From assembly GCF_009914755.1 (NCBI RefSeq), contig NC_060926.1: a DNA stretch of 64,000 nucleotides. The stretch is one strand, 5' to 3'. Position numbers and translations under genes: made by a program. The notes beneath the pieces were generated by a model. That model was not told the origin of the DNA. It saw only the letters and a program-made list of their open reading frames with translations, and ran no database searches. Positions 26,066 to 36,464 of the stretch are shown here, one piece after another. Source of the stretch: the human T2T-CHM13v2.0 reference genome, Homo sapiens. Numbering within the stretch: the first letter of the stretch is position 1; each line of letters begins with the position of its first letter.

Positions 26066-26426
26066 CTGGTGGGTGAGATAAGACTTAGGAATGCCCCACG
26101 GCAGCTGCTTCATCAGTAAGAGGCCTCAGGCCCAGAAGAACAAGCCCCGGGAGGAAGCCCTGCCCCAGCCGTTCCCGTGGATTCTGGGTGATGCAGGAGG
26201 GCAGGACAGTGGGCAGGGGAAGAGACGAATGGAGGATGGATGAGGCTGCAGAGATTCTTCCACCAGCCAGGCCTGCAATAGGCCTCCTCTCCCTATTGTG
26301 TCTCCCAGTGGAAGCTGCTAAGACTCCACAAGCCTTCCTGTTCTCTTCTCACTATCCTGGGACCCTCCAGAGCCCAGGGGTGATGGAGATGACCCTGGGA
26401 GAGTCTCCATCGTGGTGTCAACTTGC

Positions 26427-26589
26427 CTTGGAGCCACTTTGGCCGAGATACTGCTGACACTTTATAAACAGTTTCTGAACTAAAGCACGGTTCAATCTAT
26501 GACAGATCTTTCCAGTAGGACTTTGACCAAAAGATTCAGGGGTGCTTGCTCAGGCCGGTCTATCCTGATTTTTCTTCCATTTTTTTCAT
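26427..26589 (-). pseudogene. Exon, 163 nt (NGRKIRIDRPEQAPLNLLVKVLLERSVID*TVL*FRNCL*SVSSISAKVAP), GC donor
   Basis: Strong acceptor tcttttctctacacag; donor AAG|gcaagt (GC-AG consensus), phase 2 matches next exon. Confidence 0.65.
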
Positions 26590-26962
26590 CTGTGTAGAGA
26601 AAAGACCCAGCCGTGCGACAGCTTGGCCGTGGACACCACTGGCCTCCTCATGTGCCGGGCAGAGTCCTCCTCACTCCTGGGTGGACCTTGCTTTTATGCC
26701 TCCAGGACGTTGCATGTGCTGTTCTCTTCCTTTCAAATGCCCTCCTCCCCTTTGCGACTCATCCTTCCAGGCCAGCTCGGTGACATCTCACCACGGCGGG
26801 AATCTGGAGCTACCTCTCCCAGGGTGAGCCTTGCCACTCCACACACGCCGGGCGCCATCCTCAACTGCTGGCTCACATGTTTCACAGATGTATTTTGCAT
26901 TTCTCATAGGAGACAGGGATGTGTCTTGTGAGTTCTGGAAGCCCAGTGCCGCAGCCCACATG

Positions 26963-27030
26963 TTCATTCATTAATTCATTAATTCATTAATTCATTAATT
27001 CATGTATTCATCCGACGGATAAATGAATGA
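26963..27030. repeat. (TTCATTAA)n at an L2-like end
   Basis: ttcattaattcattaattcattaattcattaa. Confidence 0.7.
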
Positions 27031-27293
27031 GATCCTAGAAGATCTTTCCCCACTGTCCAACAGTGAATCTCCCTCCCTTCTTGTTCTTGCTGGGCCCCCA
27101 TAAGCTTGGAGGACTACAGGCCACCAATATTTATCCTTTTCAGTGTGCTCGAGCCCTGCCATCTGGAAACTTTTCTTTCTCAAGAAGCGCCATGTTTCCG
27201 TGTTAAAGACATGTAAACTCAGCAGCCCGGAAGGCCCTGTGGGGCTCTCTCAGGGATGCTAAGGAACACCTCCTTGGTAAGGTGCCCACTCAC

Positions 27294-27491
27294 CTCCCAT
27301 GCTGTCCTGCTGGACTCCACAGCCTGGTGAGAAATGCTCCACGTGAAGCCACATGACCTTTTCTCAGGCTGGAAAATGAGTTGGCGAGAAGCGTACCTCT
27401 CCAGAGACGTGCACGTTTCTCTTCCCTGGGGGCTGCTGTTTCAGAAATTGCCTGTGGTGTTACTGCTTTGTTGACGATTAAAGCACAGGCT
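27294..27491 (-). pseudogene. Exon, 198 nt, reading frame ambiguous
   Basis: Consensus donor GAG|gtgagt at 27293; cagcag acceptor; length a multiple of 3. Confidence 0.5.
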
Positions 27492-28923
27492 CTGCTGAAT
27501 TGCAGGGACTGTTAGTGGCTGCAGGCACCTGCTGGAGGATTGTGGGTGATAATGAGGTGTGCGGCTCCTCACTCTGGCTGGAGAGGCTGCTCGGGGAAGA
27601 GGGTCTGAGCGTTCTGCCTGGAGTCCCGGCTCCCTGGCCTGCTGAGCGAGGAATGGGGTGGACCTTCCAGTTGAGAGTGAAATCCATCTTGGAGTATTAC
27701 TTCCTACTTCGATAATAATGGTCCGTGGCCGGGAAGACTGGGTCCCTCAGACCCCATCCTGCTCCCAGAGTGGGAAGGGGGCTGAGGGCACAGTGAGGCA
27801 TCTTGCCTGTGGGCTCAGGGTGCTGGCCAAGACTTGCCACAGAGAAAGAAAGGGAGAAAGGGAAATTCCGAGTTTTCTGTGGGATGGCAGTTCTCTCTCT
27901 CTTTTTCATGTGATTGATGGGAGGCTCCAGAGGGAGATTGGGAAAAGGCACCCCACACTGGGGGATGAGAATCTAGGAAAGAGCAGCAGCTGAGAAAGGA
28001 CAGCAAAGGGCTGGGAGAGGCCACAGAGACCACGTCAGCCCCTGTCCTGGGGCCCAGCTGCACTCAGGCCACATCCCCCAGGGCCACCTCAGGCAGCGGT
28101 GGCCTCCTTCCCCTCCCGCCCGCTCACCTTCAGCGGGGGACATGGATGGAGGCCTCTTCCTCCCTGGGCCTCCCACTGCTCATCCAGGGCACCCCACTTT
28201 GCTGCTGGAGCACAGGGACCTGGGATCTGGGCTGGGTCCATGTGGCCTGCAGCTTCCAAGCCTTTCTCTGAACCTCACACTGGACTTCAAAGATGCATGT
28301 GGATTTTGTATTCGCCATAATCTACTTGTTTTATATAAAACTTACATTTTTCAGATTTCAGTTCTTAGGCTACCAGGCTGTAGGTGTCCCAGCCCCACGC
28401 AGCTCTGGAGCGCTGGGCAAGGCTTGGCACAGGGAAGCCTCTCTGCCCTACCAGCCTCAGTTTCCTCACCTGCAGAGCCCTCCCACCCTCTCAAGCTCCC
28501 GCCAGCACAGCTGCAAACTGTGTGGCTCACAGGCCCCAGTGCCCCAGAGTCTGCAAAGCCCTGCATGAATCCAGTCTCCACCAGGTGAGTGGGGGCACTG
28601 TCGGGGCTCAGAGGTCCTTGATCTCGGCTTCTGGCTGGTTCCCTGGACCTGAGCCTTTCAAGGCCAGGCTGCCTGTCCCCACCTGCTCTGCCTAGACTCC
28701 CCCGGGTCACCTCATTGTTCCCCAAACAAGAAAGTCCCACTGCAGGGCAGGCCTCTCCCCTGCAGGTGCCCTTTTGTGAGGCAAAGGACCAGCTCCTGCC
28801 TGCTTCCCCACCCTGGCCTCTGTCCTTTGTCAGTTTGGATTTTCACAGCGTCTGACTTGCTGCGCGCCCTTCAGGGAGCCCTGCTAGGAGGACTGGGTCC
28901 TTTGACTGTTTGGATCTCCTGAC

Positions 28924-29216
28924 CTGAGCCTGTTTCCTCCACAATAGGAAACCACCATGGGGAACCGCAGCAACAAAGCCTTTTGTGGGTCCAGTTATCC
29001 CGTCAGGAGCAGACAGGGGTGCTGCCGGGAGACTTCGGCCCCGTGGCTGCTTTGGCTCCTCTGGTACCAAGCTTAGAAGTAGCTCGGTGGCTCTCTGATC
29101 TGCAACATCGCAGACACTGAGATAGTTGAGACGCTTCTTGGAGGATGCTGCCCAGAGGTTAGCTTCTACCCACACACTGGGGTTTCTCCAGTTGTCCACT
29201 AAATCTTTAAAACCAG
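28924..29216 (-). pseudogene. Exon, 293 nt, phase 1-0 (GFKDLVDNWRNPSVWVEANLWAASSKKRLNYLSVCDVADQRATELLLSL...)
   Basis: Stop-free part of ORF 28843..29409; ctgcag acceptor; CAG|gtcagg donor. Confidence 0.6.
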
Positions 29217-29521
29217 CTGCAGCCAGCCAGCCACCCTCAGATGGCTGGTCCCAGGACGCCCAGGACTCCAGACCCTTCCCATTTACCCTCTGGCCTTCCT
29301 GGCCTCCTCCCGGCTCCCTGTTCCTCTGGTCCCTCCCGGGCCCCCTGGCTCTCCCTGGGGTCTTTGAACTTGGGGGAGGGACACTGGATGTCCTAAAGCC
29401 ATGACACATGATGACGCTGTGTCTCAGGGTCTTTGGGGGCAGAGACTAGAGCTCAGGACAAGCTTCGTCACACAGGTCCCCTCCTTCCCTGGCCCTGTCA
29501 GTGTCTCTGAATCCCAAGCAC

Positions 29522-29652
29522 CGCGACTCTTCCGAGTTGCTTCCTGAGAGGCCGTGTGCTGTTCTGCCATTGGCTTTCAGTTGTCAGCCATCTTTCAGCT
29601 GATGTTATAAAGATGTTCACACCCTTGAACAGGAGCCTTTTGTGGTGTGTGG
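29522..29652 (-). pseudogene. Tentative exon (THHKRLLFKGVNIFITSAERWLTTESQW...)
   Basis: Acceptor caccctccccag, phase 1, stop-free protein-like frame; donor not resolved. Confidence 0.45.
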
Positions 29653-29803
29653 CTGGGGAGGGTGTGGTCCCTCAATGAGGCGTTTTGCATAACGGAGCTT
29701 CCTTAGACAACTCCACAGCAGAGCTGGTTCCCAGACTCAGCCCTTCCTCACTGCTCCTTCATTCTGAGGTGTTCAGGCAACACCCGCCGTGTCCCAGCCC
29801 TAC

Positions 29804-29868
29804 CCAGGCCCCGGCATGCAGCAGCAAACCACCCACAAAATCACATTCCAGTCTGCGTGGAAGCGACG
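29804..29868 (-). pseudogene. Tentative exon, 65 nt, phase 2-1
   Basis: Acceptor tctttgcttactgcccag; donor G|gtaggg; phases match both neighbours. Confidence 0.4.
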
Positions 29869-29934
29869 CTGGGCAGTAAGCAAAGAGCAGAGAGGCCCAG
29901 TGCAGGCTGCAGAGCATCCCGAAGGAAAGGGCAG

Positions 29935-30275
29935 CAGCCTGTGTTCCAGCACTCTCCCTGGGACGAGGCCTTCCTGTTAGACGCAGCGGTGAGGGGCTCC
30001 CTCAGCCTGTGGTCCAGCACCCTCCCTGGGACAAGGTCTTCCTGTTAGACACAGTGGCGAGGGGCTCCCTCAGCCTGTGGTCCAGCACCCTCCCTGGGAC
30101 GAGGCCTTCCTGTTAGACACAGCAGCGAGGGGCTCCCTCAGCCTCTGTTCCAGCACCCTCCCTGGGACGAGGCCTTCCTGTTAGATGCAGCAGTGAGGGG
30201 CTCCCTCAGCCTGTGTTCCAGCACCCTCCCTGGGACAAGGTCTTCCTGTTAGATGCAGCAGTGAGGGGCTCCCTC
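29935..30275. repeat. 68-bp minisatellite x5
   Basis: cagcct unit starts at 29935, 30003, 30071, 30139, 30207. Confidence 0.95.
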
Positions 30276-30928
30276 CAGAGGGGACCTGTGAGCCCAGAGC
30301 AGAATGAAGCCGCAGCGTGAGCCCACGGAGGCCTGGGGGCAGGGGCAGAGGCCCCGTGGCAGGCGCATGCTTGGCTGTGGAGTCTGAGGACAGGCGTTGT
30401 GGCTGCTGAGGAGGGAAAGTAGGGAGGAGTCAGGGCCACACTGCAGGGCCTGGGAGATCTGAGAGGCGGCTGGGGATGGTATTCCAAGCAAGAAGGCGAC
30501 AGCCACCGAGGGCTCTGAGTGGAGCATGGCTTGACCCGACCCATACCCCACGAGAGCTTTACGGCCACCATTCGGGGAATGGGCGGCTCCAGCCACCAGC
30601 ACAGGGGCCTTTCCCCGGAGCTCCCACACCTCACCGTGCACCTGGGGCAGGGAGCCTGCTTTCATAACATACAGTCAATCACTAGAGAAATCAAATAAAA
30701 AAGCAGATCAGCCCCAATTGTTTTTATTATTAGATTCGACAGGTATAAAACCACATCTTCATGAATATTAAACCAAGACAATACAGAGAAAAAGAAATAA
30801 ATTATGTTGTTTCTATAATAAATTATTGAAAGTGTGCAGGTCTGTGATAAATATAGAGTCACTCTTGTCACTCTCTGTCACTGAACAGGAAGTTAAAAGC
30901 GAATTCAGCATTTCTCCTTGTTAAAAGG

Positions 30929-31704
30929 TGTGGCCAGCAGCCTCTGAGATCGTGTAAGGGTCCCCACCTCCTGGCATTCACGTTCTTGGGCAATCCCTCT
31001 CTCCAAGTGTTGCCTGGACTACTTGCTTGTAAGGACTAGAATATGACAAATGCGATGGAATGCCACTTCTGTAACTAGGTTATGGGAGGATTCTGGCTCT
31101 GGTCTTGCTGCTACCTCTGATGGGAACCATCTACCATGCTGTGAGCTGCCCTCCGGACAGGCCCATGTGGCAAAGATCTGAGTGAAGCCTCCAGCTGTGG
31201 AGTCCATCCTCAGGCTCCACAGCCAAGCATGTGCCTGCCACGGGGCCTTTGCACCTGCCCCACAGGCCTCCATGCGCTCACTCTGCTGCTTCATTCTGCT
31301 CTAGGCTCCAGGTCGCCTCTGGAAGGAGCCCCTCACTGCTGCCTTCTAACCAGAAGACACTGTTCCAGGGAGGGGTCCTCAGAGCACAGACCACTTCCCT
31401 CTCCTTCAGGACATTCTGCAGCCTGGGGGAAGCCCAGGGAGAAACCGGGGTCCTTGGTCCAACAGCCCAAGGAACTGAATCCTCTGACCACCACATGAGT
31501 GAGCTTGGAGCAGCTCCTCCTTCACTTGAGCCTTCAGATGAGACACAACCATGGCCAGCGCTTGCCTGTAGCCTTGGGAGAGGCCCCAAACTTAGCTGCA
31601 TCCAGATTCCTGACCTGGGAAACTGCACGAGAAGAAATGTTTGTTGTTTTAAGCTACTAATTTCTGGGGGGTAATTTGTTACACAGCCACAGATAACTAA
31701 TACA
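30929..31704 (+). mobile_element. MLT1F-type LTR containing an about 230-bp non-LTR insert
   Basis: tgtggccagcagcctctgagat...agataactaataca; LTR sequence resumes near 31430. Confidence 0.85.
31207..31425 (-). repeat. Inverted duplicate of 29903-30390 (single-unit form)
   Basis: Hand alignment: about 13 differences over the first 130 bp against the reverse complement of 30261-30390. Confidence 0.9.
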
Positions 31705-33780
31705 AACATCTATGAACAAACCTATGTATGCCAACATTAATGGCTTTGAATACAGCAAATGAGCTCAGGTTTTAAGAATTGTATATTTACTTAGTCTATG
31801 CTGGTGATGATATACTGCTCATAGGGAATGATGTATATTAAACTGTTTAAGTGTCTTGTTTTAATAACATAAACAGAAATGAGCCTCAAAAATGCATGTT
31901 GATGGAAATAACAGAAGAGATTTTAAAGCACTTTCAGCATATATGGAATATTCATCTTAAACTTTTATCCAAAATAAAGAAAATAATGTATTTTCAAAAT
32001 CCATACTGAATCCTTCATCATTAGCTAGTTTCACAATTTATTCTGTAGATTTTTAGTTACATTTGAAACATCTTTCCATGAAGGAAATGGACTCTGGGTC
32101 CATGAATTTCTTATGCATCGACCTCTTCTGGTAGAAAGCAAAATTCAGAAAGTTCTATCAAACTTCTCAGTCATTGGATGATAACTTTTTTTCGTGGATG
32201 TGAAATATCATGATCACGTCGTACTTCATTGACGGTTGTTGTTAAGTAGTAGAAATTATGTCACAATAATTGAAGAAACTTTATTCTTCCAAGCTTTTAA
32301 CTTTTGCATTTGCCTTCAACTCTTAGTTGCCAAATGTGTTGTATTTCTTCTTTGCTGGAAAAAATATTTAAAATCCCAAAGGTGTCATACAAATAAGCAA
32401 GTTTGGCTGTACAAATATTTAAATCATTGGCACTTAATTGGTTTCTTATCTTTCAGAAGTATTAAGAGATCAATCTATATGTCAGACAATCTAGACAAAG
32501 ATCTTCTCATTACCATTGCACTTCAGCTTGTAATAACAGTTGTTCTTCATCAACCTTCTATCGTTACAAAGAGATTAAGTTCAACATTAACACACAGCCT
32601 TAAAATAATACATATTGTAATATAAGTATACCATGCCCAACTACTGCAAAACACATAATTTTTACTTTGCTCCTAAGCATAATCTAGTTCAGTGGGGTTT
32701 TTTTTTTTTTTCCTAAAGCAAGACTTTCTTGATGAAGGAAGCAGTGTGCTGATTTAGATCCCAGCGTTAGCTCCTTAAATTAAGCTCCTACTCCAAGCCA
32801 TATTTGTTGACAATTCAATCCTTCATAGTTTTATACAGTTTAAAGCTAGTTGTATTTGTTGGCAATGAAGCTGAAAAAAATTTCTTCCTTCATATCAAGT
32901 TCAAATCACATACAGGCTCAAAGAATTGCCATGCTAGCAATATTTGTGTTATCGTCGAATTTTAATGAGAAATATTTTGCTAGCTTTACTTGCTCTGTGG
33001 ATTGGTCTTCTATACCACCAGCCAGTTCATGCATATATTGATCTTTGGCATCATTGGGAAGTGGTACTTGAGCCGCCTTCCTTGTCATGGATTCTGTCCA
33101 CGTTTTCCTGAAAACATCTCTGATGCCATCTTTCCTTAGTGCGTCGGTGATTTTATTTGGTTTTCGCGACTCAAAATGCTGCTTTGTAAGAAACTCAGAA
33201 AGCACTAAGGTCTATGTGTAAAATATTGAACATCTCTCAGCTTCTTATTCTTTCAAAGAACACGCTTTGTTTTTGCATTTTTCCATGCTTTGTATGTAAC
33301 CACCACTTAAGCTTTGATAGTTTCACTGGTTCTTTAGCTACTCCTACATTTCCACAAATAACAGAACGTGGTTTTAGCACTTCCCCGTCAATGATGGCTG
33401 CAACACTGAGCTCAATGCATGAAGGATCATAGCTCTGAGCAACCTGCCCCACTCGTGGCTTTCTTCTTTTGGCATCACTTTCATCACTGACATTTGGTTG
33501 GCCATTTCCGCTGCATTTCAAAAAGGAGTCTCCTTCCTTGACAAATGTCCAGTGAAACTGATTGCACAATCACGTAGTAGAGCTAAAAATAATGATACAA
33601 ATTTTACTTCCCTAATTTAGCTAAGAATGTTAAAGTACACATTTAAAAAATAGTCTTAATTAAGACTTAAAACAATTATAAAAGCAACAAATGGTAACAA
33701 TAAATACATACTTGCATTTTTTCAGATATTTACATATTTCTTAGGTACAGTTGACAAACTAACCTGAAGATATCACACAT
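31705..33780 (-). mobile_element. hAT-Charlie DNA transposon fossil with disrupted transposase (Charlie10/SCAND3-like)
   Basis: BED finger remnant LKPRSVICGNV...KLSKLKWWLHTKH; EQVKLAKYFSLKFDDNTNIASMAIL; QLLLQAEVQW at about 32513-32548; ALKSLLLFPSTCIFE at about 31875-31935. Confidence 0.9.
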
Positions 33781-34600
33781 CCTTGAATAGACATTTCTCC
33801 AAAGAAGATACACAAATGGTCAATCAGCACATGAAAAGATGCGCAACGTCATTAATCATCAGAGAAATGTAAATCCAACATGCGGTGAGATACCACCTCA
33901 TACCCATTAGGTCGGCTACTATCAAAAACCAGAAAGTAACCAGTGTTGGTGAGGATGTGGAGAAACTGGAACCCTTGGACAGTGAGAGTGGGAATGTAAA
34001 ATGGTGCAGCTGCTGCGGACACCAATATGACAGGTCCTCAAGAAATCAAAAATAGAATTATCATGTGATCCAGAAAATTCACTTCTAGGTATATACACCA
34101 AAGAATTAAAAGCAGGAACTCGAAGAAATATGTGTACACCCATGTTCCTAGCAACATTATTTACAAGACTTAAAAAACAGAAGCAACCCATGTTCATCAA
34201 CCCATGAATGGATACAAAAAAATGGGGTATTTACACACTAGGGAATATTATTCAGCCATAAACAGGAAGAACCTTGAGGACATCACGCTAAGTGAAATAA
34301 GCCAGAGGCAGAAAGACAAATACTGTATGATTCCACTGACATGAGGTACTTAGAGTAGTTAAATTCACAGAGACCGAAAGGAGAATGGTAGCTACCAGGG
34401 ACTGGGGGGAGGGGAATGCAGAGTTAGCGTTTAATGGAATCAGAGGTGTAGTTTTGCAAGATTAGAAGTTCTGGAGATGGATGGCAGTGATGATTGCACA
34501 ACAATTTCAATGTACTTAGTGAAACTGAACTGTGCACTTAAATTAGTTAAGATAGTACATTTTATGTTGTGTATTTTACAATAAAAACATTTTTTAAAAA
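33781..34600 (+). mobile_element. L1MB 3' portion
   Basis: gaatagacatttctccaaagaagat...ttctggagatggatggcagtgatg...aataaaaa. Confidence 0.9.
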
Positions 34601-34625
34601 GTCACATGTTGTAACGTGGTCATAC

Positions 34626-34920
34626 TTCATGTGACAATGGCAAGCCTCCTGCGTGTGCCAGTCCACGGGCACTGTTGGGTGAGGGTCCTCTGAGCCTGGA
34701 CTTGCATGCAACACAGGGACCACAGTGCTGTGCATTTCTGGGGCTTCCTCTCACTTTGTGTGCTTTTCTCATCCTTAGGACACACCTTGCAAGTCCTTGG
34801 TCTTGGGGTGTGGTTGGATGGCATTGAGGTTCCTGTGAGGGTCACACTCATCATGTCCATTTGAGTCCTCCAAAGAGCAGATACCAAGAAAAGAAGCAAA
34901 AGATGGACTGAGGGCCATAC
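34626..34920 (-). pseudogene. Tentative first coding exon (ATG 34918, MALSPSFASFLGICSLEDSNG...)
   Basis: Acceptor ctcgtccttcacag|GT ATG; donor AA|gtatga, phase 2; 3 in-frame stops. Confidence 0.4.
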
Positions 34921-35454
34921 CTGTGAAGGACGAGCGAGGGGACTGGAGGCAGCATTGCAGCAACTGTGACAACAAGGGCAGCTGCTCAGGTGCAGAGGGA
35001 CAAAAGGAGAGAGCCCCAGAGTGGGACTGGGGCCCAGGACGAGAGGCACGGGGCAGCGAGGGGTAGGGAGCTGAGTGCAAATGTGTGGTCAGGACATGGA
35101 CATGAGGGCTGAGCCACGAGATGTGCCTTGGGGAGGAGGGACAGAGAGACAGAGGAGTGAGGACAGGGAGAAGGTTGCTGGTTCTCAGCCTGCTGGCTGC
35201 AGAGAGGCCTGGACGGGCCCGTCAGACCACCGTGTCGGGTGAGCTGGCTCAGGAGGAGGGTGAGGAAACTGCAGGGCTGGAGATTAATCAAGGAGGCTGT
35301 GGCTGTCCGTCAGAACAGCTTCTAGGGTCACGCTGCGGTGATCAACCCTGCGTCGGAGGAGCCTAGGAGGTCGAAGGAGAGACGTCCGACAGAGGCCGAG
35401 GCTGGCGTGAGGGAGTGCTGGTGTGCGTTCAAGTCTGCGCGTGTGTCCCTGCGT

Positions 35455-35595
35455 CCCTTCCTCCTCCCTCTCTCTGTCTCTCCTCCCTCCTCCCTCCCTT
35501 CCTTCCCCCCCTTTACACTCCCTTTCTCCATTCTTCCTCTGGTCTCTTCTCTTTCTTTCTCTTCCTTCCTCCCAGCCCCATGCTTTCTTTCCCCA
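35455..35595. repeat. CT-rich polypyrimidine tract
   Basis: Nearly purine-free plus strand. Confidence 0.85.
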
Positions 35596-36384
35596 ACTTC
35601 AGCAGAGGGAGTTTTTCACATGATTGCTCCTGGCAATGAGCGACTATCTGTAACTATTCAGCTACTAAATAAAAACAACACAAGCTAATCTGTAAAGATT
35701 AACACCGGAGGGTAACAGGGAAAGCGTGGTTATTGATGAAAAAAACGTTTTTTTCAAGAAGTCACTTCCCTAATCTCTTCAAAGCTGACCTTAGAATTCT
35801 GATCAGTAAGATTTACACTTCCCATTTATTTTGAACACAATAAAATACATGCTACATAAACTGCCAGGCATTTGAGTATTTATTTCCTTATTAATATTTA
35901 ATAAAAAATTTAAAACTGTTGAGAGGTGTAGACATGCCGATGCTGTCTTTGAGAGCGCTGAGAAATCAGGGAAGAAGTGTTAATTATACATGAGGGGAGA
36001 TGCTAAATTGACAATGAAACTACGATGAAGCTTCACTGCCCTGAAGACAAAAATCAATGAGATAGAAAAGAACACTTGGACACAGAAAAGCTATAAAGGT
36101 CCCCAGGACCAGACCAGGCGGGGCTTCGGCTGCAGAGCCCACCAGCCGCATGCGAGCTGGGGGAGCAGGGCCGGGAACCCACACAAGTGAAACAGTGTCG
36201 CGCCCGGTCACTGCCTGAGGGGCCCTCTCCACGGAGAAGGACGCACGCAGAGCCACGTGCGGCAGACAATGAGTCTGCTGGCCACGGTGCCCTGAGTGGG
36301 TGCCCCCCATCCTGTCTGGGTATTGTCAGGGCTGCTGCCACACGTGCTTTCTGCCACCTAAAGCCGGTCACTACCATTTTATTA

Positions 36385-36464
36385 TTAGATTGGGGCAAAA
36401 GTAATGGTAGATTTTGCTGTTGAACATAATGGCAAAAATCACACTTACTTTTGCACCAACCTAG
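36385..36464. mobile_element. MADE1 (Hsmar1 MITE), 80-bp palindrome
   Basis: ttagattggggcaaaagtaa...ttacttttgcaccaaccta, TA on the left flank. Confidence 0.9.
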
